A stretch of DNA of 64,000 bases from Macrostomum lignano (Eukaryota). The stretch spans positions 48,384-112,383 of the forward strand of contig NIVC01002461.1 in the NCBI GenBank assembly GCA_002269645.1, given 5' to 3'. Shown in pieces: positions 1-16,820 of the stretch (the stretch's first letter is position 1; each line of letters opens with the position of its first letter). The notes beneath the pieces are model-generated. The model was given only the letters and a program-made list of their open reading frames with translations. It was not told where the DNA came from and ran no database searches. Both the position numbers and the translations under genes were made by a program.

Positions 1-656
1 ATAGACAGAAGCTGAAGCATTCACTTGACTGTTTCTCCCTGTTTAGTAGCAATAAAGAGAGACAGAATTCCAAGTGCGTCATCGATTTTATTGCGATGTA
101 AAACTTGCCAGACTGTATCAAGGAGACCGATAGCCCTAGAGACCTAGAGTAGACGCGGAAAGCAAAAACTCGTCATATTGTCGGGCGTTTCTTCAAAATT
201 AAGTGCTACAAATAACTAATTCGATGACGAGGAATTTGTGTATAACAAGATGGTCATAGTTACTCCCGCCGTGTACTCACGGCATTGCAATTTAGTGGGA
301 TCAGAAATTTCCTCTCCTGATTCTAGATTTTAGATCTCCTTATATATCGGCCGTATCATTCTTGCAACCCGCCTTACCTAGTTTGCCTGAATGAGTCAGG
401 CAATCCATCTGGGGATTTAAGAAAAAAGATTGAAGTCCGTGTCCGACTCGTAAATGCGCAGTGCGTCTCTGCCTATGCCACCATTAAGTTACTGGGAAAC
501 GGTTACAAAATCGATACAAACTTTGAAGCTTTTTTATCTGTCTGTTAAAAACGATGTCTACTGTAAGAACTAAGTATATTTCGTACTAATCAGTGCACCT
601 ATATTTATGTCTGCAGCAGTAAACTGCTGTCTAAAAACTTCCCAATCAACGCTGCA

Positions 657-5891
<5,235 letters not shown>

Positions 5892-6374
5892 AATTCTCGG
5901 CGCTACTCGCTTTTTTGCTATAAGGGACAGTCTTTAAAGCTTTCTAATACTGTTAGTAGTGCATTTCAACTATAAACTGAATGCTTGTTTGTGCCGTTTT
6001 TTTATTTATTTAATCTTGAATCTTTGCTTTGCTCTGTGAGCGGGACCAGCGTGTCTGTTTTTTATCTTTCAGTTCTTCCTATTTGGCACAATAATCACCA
6101 GGTATGCTGTCTATCCCCAAATGCGTGTGTTTCATTACGCGCACAATGTACTACTCACTGCCTATAGTAGTACATAAGCACGAACAGCACACCAAGCATA
6201 ATTTATTCTGCTGTAAGCGACTCGTGAAAAATTTTGGGCAGCAATCTTTTTTTCTTTTATTATTCTGTTTTCTTCCAAACCAATTGTTGAGGTAATTGGC
6301 TTTTAATTAGTCAAACTTTATTCAATAGCGATGTGAATTGAGTTTTTAGGGAAAGCTTAAATAGGATATTTTCG

Positions 6375-6580
6375 GATCCCCAGTTGCTGCGCCAGCCTCC
6401 CAGATCCTCATCAGTTGCTGTGCCAGCCTCTTAAATCCTCAGTTGCTGGGCCAGCCTCTCAGATCCTCAGTTGCTGTGCCAGCCTCCCAGATCCTCAGTT
6501 GCTGGGCCAGCCTCCCAGATCCTCAGTTGCTGGGCCAGCCTCCCAGATCCCTAGTTGCTGGGCCAGCCTCCCAGACCCTT
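6375..6580. repeat. 28-bp minisatellite (same family as 56955-57140, opposite orientation)
   Basis: Unit gatcctcagttgctgggccagcctccca. Confidence 0.9.
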
Positions 6581-6939
6581 TCAAATTTTAAAGGAATCAA
6601 GATCCATCTATTATCAATAACAAAGGAGTAGACTTTTTCTGCAATCAACCAATTTTTTTACATTTTTTTTAAATTCGGTTACACTGTGGATTTGAACAAA
6701 ATTTCCTTTATACTACTTGTAGCCTCCCTTTCTTAGTAGGATAATGCGTGCTAACTGTCAAAAACTTTTTCAAACCGATGAATAACTTACTTTCTTCGTA
6801 TATAGATTTTTTTCTCAAACCTGTGCTTTTGCTCTGCCTGCCTGTAATATCTGACGGTTTTTAATCTTTCCTTTTACTTGAACTGCTATTCAGCTGTGCA
6901 CCAATTGGTACAGAAGCCGGACAATTCACTGCCAACGAT

Positions 6940-7115
6940 TTAGGTTTTGGTTAGGACTAGGTTTAGGTCAGGGTTAAGTTTAGGTTCATTTAGGTAAAGT
7001 TTAGGTTAGGTTTAGATTAATGTTAGGTTAATGTTAAGGTTAGGGTTTGGGTTATATTTAGGTTTAGGGTTTAGTTTATGGATTAAGGTTTCAGGTTTAA
7101 TTTATGTTAAGGTAG
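6940..7115. repeat. Degenerate TTAGG/TTAGGG-like simple repeat
   Basis: ttaggttagg, ttagggtttgg and tttagggtttag variants. Confidence 0.7.
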
Positions 7116-7539
7116 GTAAAATATGTAAAATATTATATTTGGCTGTCAATTGTTGTAGACCCTGCACTAACTTCCACATTTAGTGTAGTATAGTTATTTT
7201 GCACAGACAATTAAAATGTTTTATCACATAATTTATGATTAATCCACTTTTTGATTGGTAAACGTACACTTGTGTTCGCTCTGTCACTTTTCCTAATTTT
7301 TATTAATATTTGGAAGAGAAAAATTGTGATGCGATATAAATACACCAATCAAAGCTAAATCTCTCAAAGTCCATTAGTTATTTTTCTTTTTTCTAGGACG
7401 TTTAGAGTCTATTAAGATTTCAATGTGTTTTTGAGCCGTTTTACTTATCTGTACTCTGTACTCACTCTGATTATCGATTCGTCAATAGAGTTCTATTCAA
7501 ATTTCATTTCCAATTCTCAAAACGTCACTCCTGCGCCAA

Positions 7540-7810
7540 TCTACTTATCACTGTATCACTCTAATTGTCCCTCTATCACTCTAATTGTCACTATCAGTCT
7601 AGTTGTTTCTCTATCACTCTAATTGTTTCTCTATCACTCTAATTGTCACTCTATCACTCTTAACTGTCACTCCATCACTCTTAACTGTCACTCCATCACT
7701 CTTAACTGTCACTCCATCACTCTAATTGTCACTCTATCACTCTATTTTTCACTTCATCGCTTTAGTTGTCACTCTATAATTTTAATCATCACTCTATCCT
7801 TTCAACTGTC
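7540..7810. repeat. ~20-bp C/T-rich minisatellite upstream of the tetraspanin
   Basis: Unit atcactctaattgtcactct and variants. Confidence 0.85.
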
Positions 7811-7973
7811 ACTTCAATGTCCTACAAGTCTCACCCAATATGGCACTCCAGTTTTCGGTTTATATTGTCACGATATTTAAAGCTAACCAACTGTTCGACT
7901 AGCTTACCACCTGTAACTATAATCAAAAGACATTAACAAGCAGATTTTGAACCGCAAATTTCAGTGAAGCATC

Positions 7974-9543
7974 ATGGCCAAATACCAGGGCATCCGCAAT
8001 GAGAAGCAGCGCTATTGCTGCTCCAAAGAGTGCATCAAAGCCGTGCTAATCTTCTTTAATCTATTAGTAGCACTGTGCGGTCTGGCCGTCTGCATACTTG
8101 GCGTCTGGCTGCTGGTGTCCCGACGCAACTACATCTCCGTGCTGACTGGGGAGATGTTCTTTCTCAGCCATTTCCTGCTCACAGCTTGCGGCGGCTTGAT
8201 CTTCGCTTTCGCTGTGCTCGGGTTTGTTGGCATATTTCTCAATAGGATCCGCCTGCTGAGCGTCTATACCGGCTTCCTGGTTGCTCTACTCATAGTAGAG
8301 TGCGCCGTGTGCGCCATCGGATTTGTGTTTGCCGGCTCGCTGCAGGTTGGATTCTCGGATAGCTGCCTTTGGGGTGGAATTAGGGATTGCAGAGTGATAG
8401 TCTGACCCGATGAGAGGCAGCGTCAGTCACGGATTGACAGCTTCTGAAACGGGGAGTGACAGTCTAAATTGGGGAGTGACAGTCTAAATTGGGGAGTGAC
8501 AGTCTAAATTGGGGAGTGACATTCTGAATTGGGGAGTGACATTCTGAATTGGGGAGTGACATTCTGAATTGGGGAGTGACATGAATTAAGAGTGACATTC
8601 TAAATTGCGGAGTGACATTTTGAATCTGGGAGTGACATTCTAAATTGGGGAGTGACATTCTAAATTAGGGAGTGACATTCTAAATTAGGGAGTGACAATC
8701 TAAATTTGGGGAGTGACATTCTGAATCGGGGAGTGACATTCTAAATTAGGGAGTGACATTCTAAATTAGGGAGTGACAATCTAAATTTGGGGAGTGACAT
8801 TCTGAATCGGGGAGTGACATTCTAAATTAGGGAGTGACATTCTAAATTAGGGAGTGACAATCTAAATTTGGGGAGTGACATTCTGAATCGGGGAGTGACA
8901 TTCTAAATTGGGGAGTGACATTCTAAATTTGGGAGTGACATTCTGATTTGGGGAGTGACATTCTAAATTTGGGAGTGACATTCTGAATTGGAGAGTGACA
9001 GTCTGAATCAAGCAGTGACTTTGTTAAATCAGGCGTGAAATTGTGAATTTGTAAGAGTGAAATTATAGTTCTGTGAATTTTGAACCCCAGTGCCCCATAA
9101 ACGGCCTCAACTCCGCCCCCCAGACCCGCCTGCAAGAGTCTGTGAAGGAGTCTCTGCTCAATCGCTATCGTATCGATCCGGACGTCACTCGGGCCGTTGA
9201 TCGGCTCCACTCCGAGCTGAAATGCTGCGGCAGCGTATCGTGGCGCGATTGGCGCGAGTCGGCCTACTATTGGAACAACAGCCGGGCCACGACCACCGAG
9301 TACACTCCCACATCCTGCTGTCGCAGCGACGCCCCCGGCTGCTCGAAAGAGTCCCATCCGTCTAATATATTTCACCAGGGCTGCGCGGTTCGCATGGCCC
9401 AGCAGCTCTATTTGAACCTGCTGGCTGTGGCCTTGTGCGCTCTGGGCATGGCTATTGTGCTGCTGCTGAGCATTGTGCTGGCCTGCTCGCTTATTCACAC
9501 TCTGCGAGAGCTGCGCTTGGCTACTAAGAAGTCTTTTAAATAA
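7974..9543 (+). CDS. Tetraspanin (CD151/TSPAN11-like), 2 exons, ~263 aa
   Basis: Exons 7974-8345 and 9124-9543 join in phase 0. Three N-terminal hydrophobic helices, a large extracellular loop with LKCCG, SCC and GC, and a fourth TM helix. Confidence 0.92.
8445..9020. repeat. 20-bp minisatellite in the tetraspanin intron
   Basis: Unit ggggagtgacattctaaatt. Confidence 0.95.
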
Positions 9544-9599
9544 GCCTTGCTCTGATTGGTTGCTTTTTCCGGGACTGACATTTTAGTTCTACAGGTCTG

Positions 9600-10025
9600 A
9601 TATGGGATCTGGGAGTGAGATTGGAGATCTAGGAGTGAGATTGAAGATCTGGAAGTGAGATTAGAAATCTAGGAGTGAGATTGGATATCTAGGAATGAGA
9701 TGAGAGATCTAGGAGTGAGATTGAAGATCTAGAATTAAGATTAGAGATCTAGGAGTGAAATTTGATATCTGGGAATGAGATTAGAGATCTAGGAGTGAGA
9801 TTGGAGATCTGGAAGTGAGATTAGAAGTCTAGGAATGTAATTGAATATCTGGAAGGGAGATTTGAAATCTGGGAGTGAGATTTGAGATCTGGGAATGAGA
9901 TTTGAGATCTGGGAGTAAGATTTAGGATCTGGGGGTGAGATATGGGGATCTGGAAGTGAGATTTGGGATCCAAGAGTAAAATTGTAGCTCAATGGGTAAG
10001 ATTAAGGGTCTATGGGGTGAGATCG
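9600..10025. repeat. ~20-bp degenerate minisatellite downstream of the tetraspanin
   Basis: Unit gagatctaggagtgagatt. Confidence 0.9.
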
Positions 10026-10434
10026 TAGTTCAAATAGTAAGATATGAGATCTTCGAATGAGATTTTAGCTCAAAGAGTGAGACCCAATCTACTCGTAATA
10101 GTGGGTCTTTGCCGCTCCCTCTCTATTACCTTAATTTTTAGTTGTAGTTATTTATATCTTTTTTATAATATTCGTTTTGTTCTCGAATGTTTTTTATTGC
10201 ATTGTGTCAGTTTGAAAAATTCATAAGCAAGCAATTAACGCAAATGAAGTCGTTTTAAAGAGCCTGATTACATTAGTGCCGTGTATTTAAATACTTGTCA
10301 GTTTTACATAGCTAAACTGTTTCTGATGCTTGCACATGTATACATTTGCGTATTTGCCTTACATTTATGCTTTTTAGGAAATTTTTGTCAAAGGCTGTTG
10401 CGGTTAATAGCTACTATAGCTGCTGGCTTATGAC

Positions 10435-10810
10435 TAATGATCTATTTTTAGCAACGTGATTTCCATTAAAATGTACGCTACTGAGAAATAGCCAATTAGC
10501 GGCTGACGAAGTGTTGAATGAATGATCTATTTTCGGCAACAGGGGATTCCTATTAAATGTACGCTACTGGAACTAGCCAATTAGCGGCTATCGTAGGGTC
10601 AAAAGAATGATCTATTTTTAGTAACAGGGGATTCCTATTAAGATGTACGCTACTGAGAAATAGCCAATTAGCGGCTGACGAAGTGTTGGGTGAATGATCT
10701 ATTTTTAGCAACAGGGGATTCCGATTAAATGTACGCTACTAAGAAGTAGCCAATTAGCGGCTATCGTAGGTTCAAAAGAATGATCTATTTTTAGTAACAA
10801 GATATTCCTA
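10435..10810. repeat. ~85-bp tandem repeat, about 4.5 copies
   Basis: aatgatctattttt...tgtacgctact...agccaattagcggct recurs at ~85-bp spacing. Confidence 0.85.
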
Positions 10811-11421
10811 TTTCTTAACGTATGTTGTCTTTAGGCCGGTCACAAAAAAATTGACCACCAGCTTTCGTATTTTCTAATAATTGCTAGGAAGTTTTAAGTT
10901 TACTTTTTTAAGTTTACTTGTAGTAAACTTGAAGTGAACAGTTTACTTGTCAATAGTATTGATTTTTTACCTAAAATCGCGAAAATAGTTTATGCTTGCT
11001 TGTGCTTCTAATACATTTTTATATTATTGCTCGTAAATAAGTAATTCGCTTTTGATTTGTTATGTAAATAACAATAATTACTTTATCAGGCCTATTCTCG
11101 TTCGAAATTACCTGTTTAAGCTTATATTAATTTTCACCTGCTTAATTAATCATGTCTGTTGTGTTTTCGCACTAAATAAGCATAAGTCTTGTATGCTGTC
11201 CAGTATTGATATTGTTGATTTCTACACAATATTATCACACCATTTGCTGCACTTGACTAAAATGCAAATCAAAAAGCTTCTTACTGAAATATATTGATTT
11301 TTGCGAGCAAATTTTCAAATCTATAAGCAGCTGGTTGTTGCTCTGATGGGGTTTTTAAATCGAAAGTTGCTGCTGCAAAAAATTTGTGCAATTTCGCTTT
11401 TGAGTTGCTGAGTTTTCTGTC

Positions 11422-13060
11422 CACTGTCTCACTCTCTCCCACTGTCTCACTCTCTCCCACTGTCTCACTCTCTCCCACTGTCTCACTCTCTCCCACTGTC
11501 TCACTCTCTCCCACTGTCTCACTCTCTCCCACTGTCTCACTCTCTCCCACTGTCTCACTCTCTCCCACTGTCTCACTCTCACACTGTCTCACTCTCTCAC
11601 ACTGTCTCACTCTCACACTGTCTCACTCTCTCCCACTGTCTCACTCTCTCACACTGTCTCACTCTCTCCCACTGTCTCACTCTCTCACACTGTCTCACTC
11701 TCTCCACTGTCTCACTCTCTCACACTGTCTCACTCTCTCCCACTGTCTCACTCTCTCCCACTGTCTCACTCTCTCCCACTGTCTCACTCTCTCCCACTGT
11801 CTCACTCTCACACTGTCTCACTCTCTCACACTGTCTCACTCTCACACTGTCTCACTCTCTCCCACTGTCTCACTCTCTCACACTGTCTCACTCTCTCCCA
11901 CTGTCTCACTCTCTCACACTGTCTCACTCTCTCCCACTGTCTCACTCTCTCACACTGTCTCACTCTCTCCCACTGTCTCACTCTCTCCCACTGTCTCACT
12001 CTCTCACACTGTCTCACTCTCTCCCACTGTCTCACTCTCTCACACTGTCTCACTCTCTCCCACTGTCTCACTCTCTCACACTGTCTCACTCTCTCCCACT
12101 GTCTCACTCTCTCCCACTGTCTCACTCTCTCCCACTGTCTCACTCTCTCACTGTCTCACTCTCTCCCACTGTCTCACTCTCTCCCACTGTCTCACTCTCT
12201 CCCACTGTCTCACTCTCTCCCACTGTCTCACTCTCTCCCACTGTCTCACTCTCTCCCACTGTCTCACTCTCTCCCACTGTCTCACTCTCTCCCACTGTCT
12301 CACTCTCTCCCACTGTCTCACTCTCTCCCACTGTCTCACTCTCTCACACTGTCTCACTCTCTCCCACTGTCTCACTCTCTTCCACTGTCTCACTCTCACA
12401 CTGTCTCACTCTCACACTGTCTCACTCTCTCCCACTGTCTCACTCTCACACTGTCTCACTCTCTCCCACTGTCTCACTCTCTCACACTGTCTCACTCTCT
12501 CCCACTGTCTCACTCTCTCCCACTGTCTCACTCTCTCACACTGTCTCACTCTCTCACTGTCTCACTCTCTCCTGCTGTCTCACTCTCTCCCACTGTCTCA
12601 CTCTCTCACACTGTCTCACTCTCTCACACTGTCTCACTCTCTCCCACTGTCTCACTCTCTCACACTGTCTCACTCTCTCCCACTGTCTCACTCTCTCCCA
12701 CTGTCTCACTCTCTCCCACTGTCTCACTCTCTCACACTGTCTCACTCTCTCCCACTGTCTCACTCTCTCCTACTGTCTCACTCTCTCCCACTGTCTCACT
12801 CTCTCCTGCTGTCTGTCACTCTCCCTCACTGTCTGTCATTCTCTCCCACTGTCACTTCCACTGTTTGTCATTAGCTCCCACTGTCTGTCACTCTCTTCCA
12901 CTGTCTGTTATTCTCTCCCACTGTCTGTCACTCTCTCCCACAAACACTTTCACTGTCTGTCACTCTCTCCCACTGTCACTTCCATTGTCTGTCACTCTTC
13001 CACTGACTGTTATTCTCTCCCACTGTCTGTCACTATTCCTCACTGTCTGTCACTCTCCCT
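11422..13060. repeat. 18-bp CT-rich minisatellite, degenerate at the 3' end
   Basis: Unit actgtctcactctctccc. It accounts for the long spurious ORFs. Confidence 0.95.
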
Positions 13061-13343
13061 CTCTATTCCCTAGCGTTTCCCAATCTAAGTTTAGCTGTTT
13101 CTGTGTTAAAATGCAAAACTGAAGTTTCGAAGCCAGGAAAATGAAATTTGGCTTTTATTAGAAAGGAAAAATCCTCATAGCCGAGCAGCTGATTTTGTCA
13201 GTTGCATTTCACGCAGATTTGCTTGCTTGGAGTTTTAAGGCTTACAAAAAAATGAAGATGGTATTTATCTCATAGGAAGACAAAGAAGAGCAGCTGGCAG
13301 TCCAGCCTTGCAGAGAGAGTTCGGATTCAATTGAGCCCATCCA

Positions 13344-13838
13344 TCAGCTGTTGTTGCACAAATCGTCGAAGTCGCTCGGGACGCTGCCGTAACTTGACGC
13401 GCCCGACTCTGAACTGTTCGAGCTTGTTGGGCCTCCGGTCTGCAGCGCCGGCGATGGGCCGATGAAGTTGCCCAGACTCAGTCGGGTCTTTCTCAGCTTC
13501 CTTGCTTGCGAGAGTCTGGCCAACCGTTTAGACGAGAACGGCTTGCTGCTCACGCATGACGGACGGCTGTCTCTCTGCGAGTCGGCCTCGTCGTCGGCCT
13601 CATCTAGTTCGGCTGCGCAAGCCCCGCCGCCCACTGCGCCAATTATCGCTTCATGATCTTGATCTTCGTAGGTGAAGCTTGGCTGATTGTCGTCTAATTG
13701 CTTTTGTTCCTGCTGCTGCTGCTGTTGTTGTTGTTGCTGCTGCTGCTTGGATGGTGGCGTCTTTTGCTGCTGCTGCTGTTGCTGCTGCTGCTTGTTATCC
13801 TGCGGTGTCGGTTTCGAATCCTGCCGCTCCTTGTCCAT
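13344..13838 (-). CDS. Orphan low-complexity protein, 164 aa (polyQ, acidic and Ser-rich)
   Basis: ATG-to-TGA ORF in a GC-rich island with exon-like composition. No recognisable domain. Confidence 0.5.
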   Translation of the reverse strand: MDKERQDSKPTPQDNKQQQQQQQQQKTPPSKQQQQQQQQQQQQEQKQLDDNQPSFTYEDQDHEAIIGAVGGGACAAELDEADDEADSQRDSRPSCVSSKPFSSKRLARLSQARKLRKTRLSLGNFIGPSPALQTGGPTSSNSSESGASSYGSVPSDFDDLCNNS

Positions 13839-13924
13839 GATTGCTGCGGCGGCTGTTTCACTTTAAATTTAATCCTAGCTCTTATAGTCTGGTTTTCTTT
13901 GGTTCATTGAACGTGTTTTGTTGT

Positions 13925-14257
13925 GCTTTTTTAGTCAGAAGCTTTGGACCATAGAGATTGCAGTCAGCCTGAGGCGTGTTGAAATCATGGATAAATATAA
14001 CCGACTGCTCAGCCGCAGCTATTTGCGCGGCGCATCTGAAGGCTGCGTACGGCTGTTCAGTCCAAGAACTGGGGAGTCGCCACACACAACCTCAATTATC
14101 CCAGCCAATGCTGGCACCCATTTTACAGCTGGGTGAACTGAAGCAACGGACACAAATTGTTTCTCAAGGACACAAACTGTTCCGAGTGGGTCGAGAATCG
14201 AACCCCGACCTTTCAGTCCTGAATCCGATGCTCTAACCTCTAGGCTACAACCGTAGA
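13925..14257 (-). mobile_element. tRNA-derived SINE with CORE (MIR-like) central domain
   Basis: On the - strand: A box tagcctagaggttag, B box ggttcgattc (14195-14204), then gtgtccttgag...cttcagttcacccagctgtaaaatggg resembling the CORE consensus, and an A-rich 3' end. Boundaries are approximate. Confidence 0.75.
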
Positions 14258-14499
14258 CGGTCTCTTACTGCAGACTCAATGGTTGGAACGAGGTCAAGAG
14301 ACCATTGATTCAGTGCAAAGTCAGCCCGGGTAGGGGACGAGACGCGTTTACTGCCCGACGAGACTGTCTATGGTAAATACTCACTGTCTGCTGTTTTACT
14401 GTTCTAAGTACAACCTTGCTTGGATAGAAGCCGCACAGATGCTAGAATAACTATAAAAATGTCACTTGCAATCAATGCGTTTATTTACTTTTTCTACAC

Positions 14500-15420
14500 C
14501 AAGAGACAAGGGCGCCCACTAAGAGACAGGGGCGCCCACCCAAGAGACAGGAGCGCCCATCAAGAAACGGGAGCGCCCACCCAGAGACGGGGGCGCCCAC
14601 CCAAGAGACAGGGGCGCCCACCACGAGACAAGGGCGCCCACTAAGAGACAGGGGCGCCCACCCAAGAGACAGGGGCGCCCACCCAAGAGACAGGGGCGCC
14701 CATCAAGAAACGGGAGCGCCCACCCAGAGACGGGGGCGCCCACCCAAGAGACAGGGGCGCCCACCACGAGACAAGGGCGCCCACTAAGAGACAGGGGCGC
14801 CCACCCAAGAGACAGGGGCGCCCACCCAAGAGACAGGGGCGCCCATCAAGAAACGGGAGTGTCCATCAAGAAACGGGGCGCCCACCCAAGAGACAGGGGC
14901 GCCCACCAAGAGACAGGGGCGCCCACCAAGAGACAGGAGCGCCCACCCAAGAGACAGGAGCGCCCATCAAGAAACGGGAGCGCCCACCAAGAGACAGGGG
15001 CGCCCACCCAAGAGACAGGGGCGCCCACCCAAGAGACAGGGGCGCCCACCAAGAGACAAGGGCGCCCACTAAGAGACAGGGGCGCCCACCCAAGAGACAG
15101 GGGCGCCCATCAAGAAACGGGAGTGTCCATCAAGAAACGGGGCGCCCACCCAAGAGACAGGGGCGCCCACCCAAGAGACAGGGGCGCCCACCCAAGAGAC
15201 AGGGGCGCCCACCCAAGAGACAGGGGCGCCCATCAAGAAACGGGGCGCCCACCCAAGAGACAGGGGCGCCCACCAAGAGACAGGGGCGCCCACCAAGAGA
15301 CAGGAGCGCCCACCCAAGAGACAGGAGCGCCCATCAAGAAACGGGAGCGCCCACCAAGAGACAGGGGCGCCCACCCAAGAGACAGGGGCGCCCACCAAGA
15401 GACAGGGGCGCCCACCAATA
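14500..15420. repeat. ~21-bp minisatellite with higher-order blocks
   Basis: Unit caagagacaggggcgcccacc. Confidence 0.95.
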
Positions 15421-16820
15421 CAAGCTAGACAGAGACAGCTTCTTTCTTTTAGAGTCGTCCTCCTACATCTACGTTCTCTAGCACCTTTTGATTTGCATTT
15501 GGCAATTTTTTCAATACAATATATAATTTAAATTCTAATCCAAAAAAATCGATGAATTAAGCAGAGTTCGATACAATCAGTGTACCCATCCGATGGCCTC
15601 TAAATATCGAGAGTATATATATTTTGCATTACATATGTTTGCATCATAAATAGACTTCTTAAAAGTATAATTAATCGTTAGCTCATGAAAAGGCACTTAT
15701 CTCTGTGCGATCACTTTTTGCAAAATAGAGAATTTGGTAATTATTCATCAAAAGGCGGTTTTCGTGGAATCAGCAACAGTTAAAATTGGAAAAAGTAAAA
15801 ATTATTGGCCTTTAAAAAATAGATCATATTTGCTACTACGAGTGCACATCTGCAGTACCACAAATCTAACTTCATGGATAGATCTATTTATTAAAAACTT
15901 TCATGTGCTACTGTTCATTTATTCACAGTATTTTTTTCGCCCGCAGATACTAGAATAGCTATAAATGTGTCAATCGAAAAATGCGCTTATCTACTATTTT
16001 TACATTAGAGAAAGGCCAGCCCTTTAGCCAGGCCGATCGATAAACAGTTTGGTTTTCCTCTTGCCCGCTTGTGTCTAAATTTGAACTCTGTCCTTACTGC
16101 TCTCTCATTGGCTGAGCTAGATTGAGCCTGCCCTCTTGGCTGAGTTTCGTCCCTCTGACTTTTCCCTCTCTCCTTACTGCTCTCTCATTGGCTGAGCTAG
16201 ATTAGCCCTGACCCCTAGGCTGAGTTTCGACCATCTTGCGTTCACTTGTTAAATGCTTGTTCATTCTGAACCCCATATGCTCCTGAGTCCGCAAACTACA
16301 AGGAAGGCAAAGAAATTTTAGCTGCCACATTAAATTTAAGTAGCGCTGCGCAGACAAACTACTGAATAATCAGTAGACGCACTGCTTTTTCGCAACTTAA
16401 TTGCGAATGACATATCTATAGCTACTCTTGAATCTTTGGTGACCATCAAAATTTGATGCCTAAGTATCAATACTGGACAAAAAAATATTGCCAATTTATT
16501 GCTCGAGAACTTATTCATATCGATAGTGCATTCCGTAGCGAAAATCAGCATCCAGAAAAATTTTCGAAAGCTCGAAACTTCGTATAAACTCAAAACTTAA
16601 AAAGCTCGCAATTTCACATTTTTTCGAAGTCTTGCTAGTAAGTTTCATTAGCTCATAATTCTAAAACAAATTGAAACGATGTGGAATTTTGATCTCGTGA
16701 AAGTAACCTACTATTTGGGTTATTTTGAGTTTAAAAATTCCTTCAGATTTAGTAGTCCATGCTGCAATTATTAAAAATAGTTTTGTCAGGCAAGCAATTG
16801 CAGTTTGCAATTTGCAGGCT

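Noticed and set aside
6940-7115. Interstitial telomere or chromosome-fusion scar
   Set aside because: Too degenerate; few exact TTAGGG units and no inverted junction.
10435-10810. CRISPR-like array
   Set aside because: Whole units are repeated with no unique spacers, the context is eukaryotic, and there are no cas genes. The same applies to all other arrays here.
11281-12874. Long SLSP/ERVRQ ORFs
   Set aside because: Translation of an 18-bp minisatellite.
14185-14257. Possible tRNA gene
   Set aside because: The A and B boxes are present, but the acceptor and anticodon stems are poor and the sequence continues into a SINE body.
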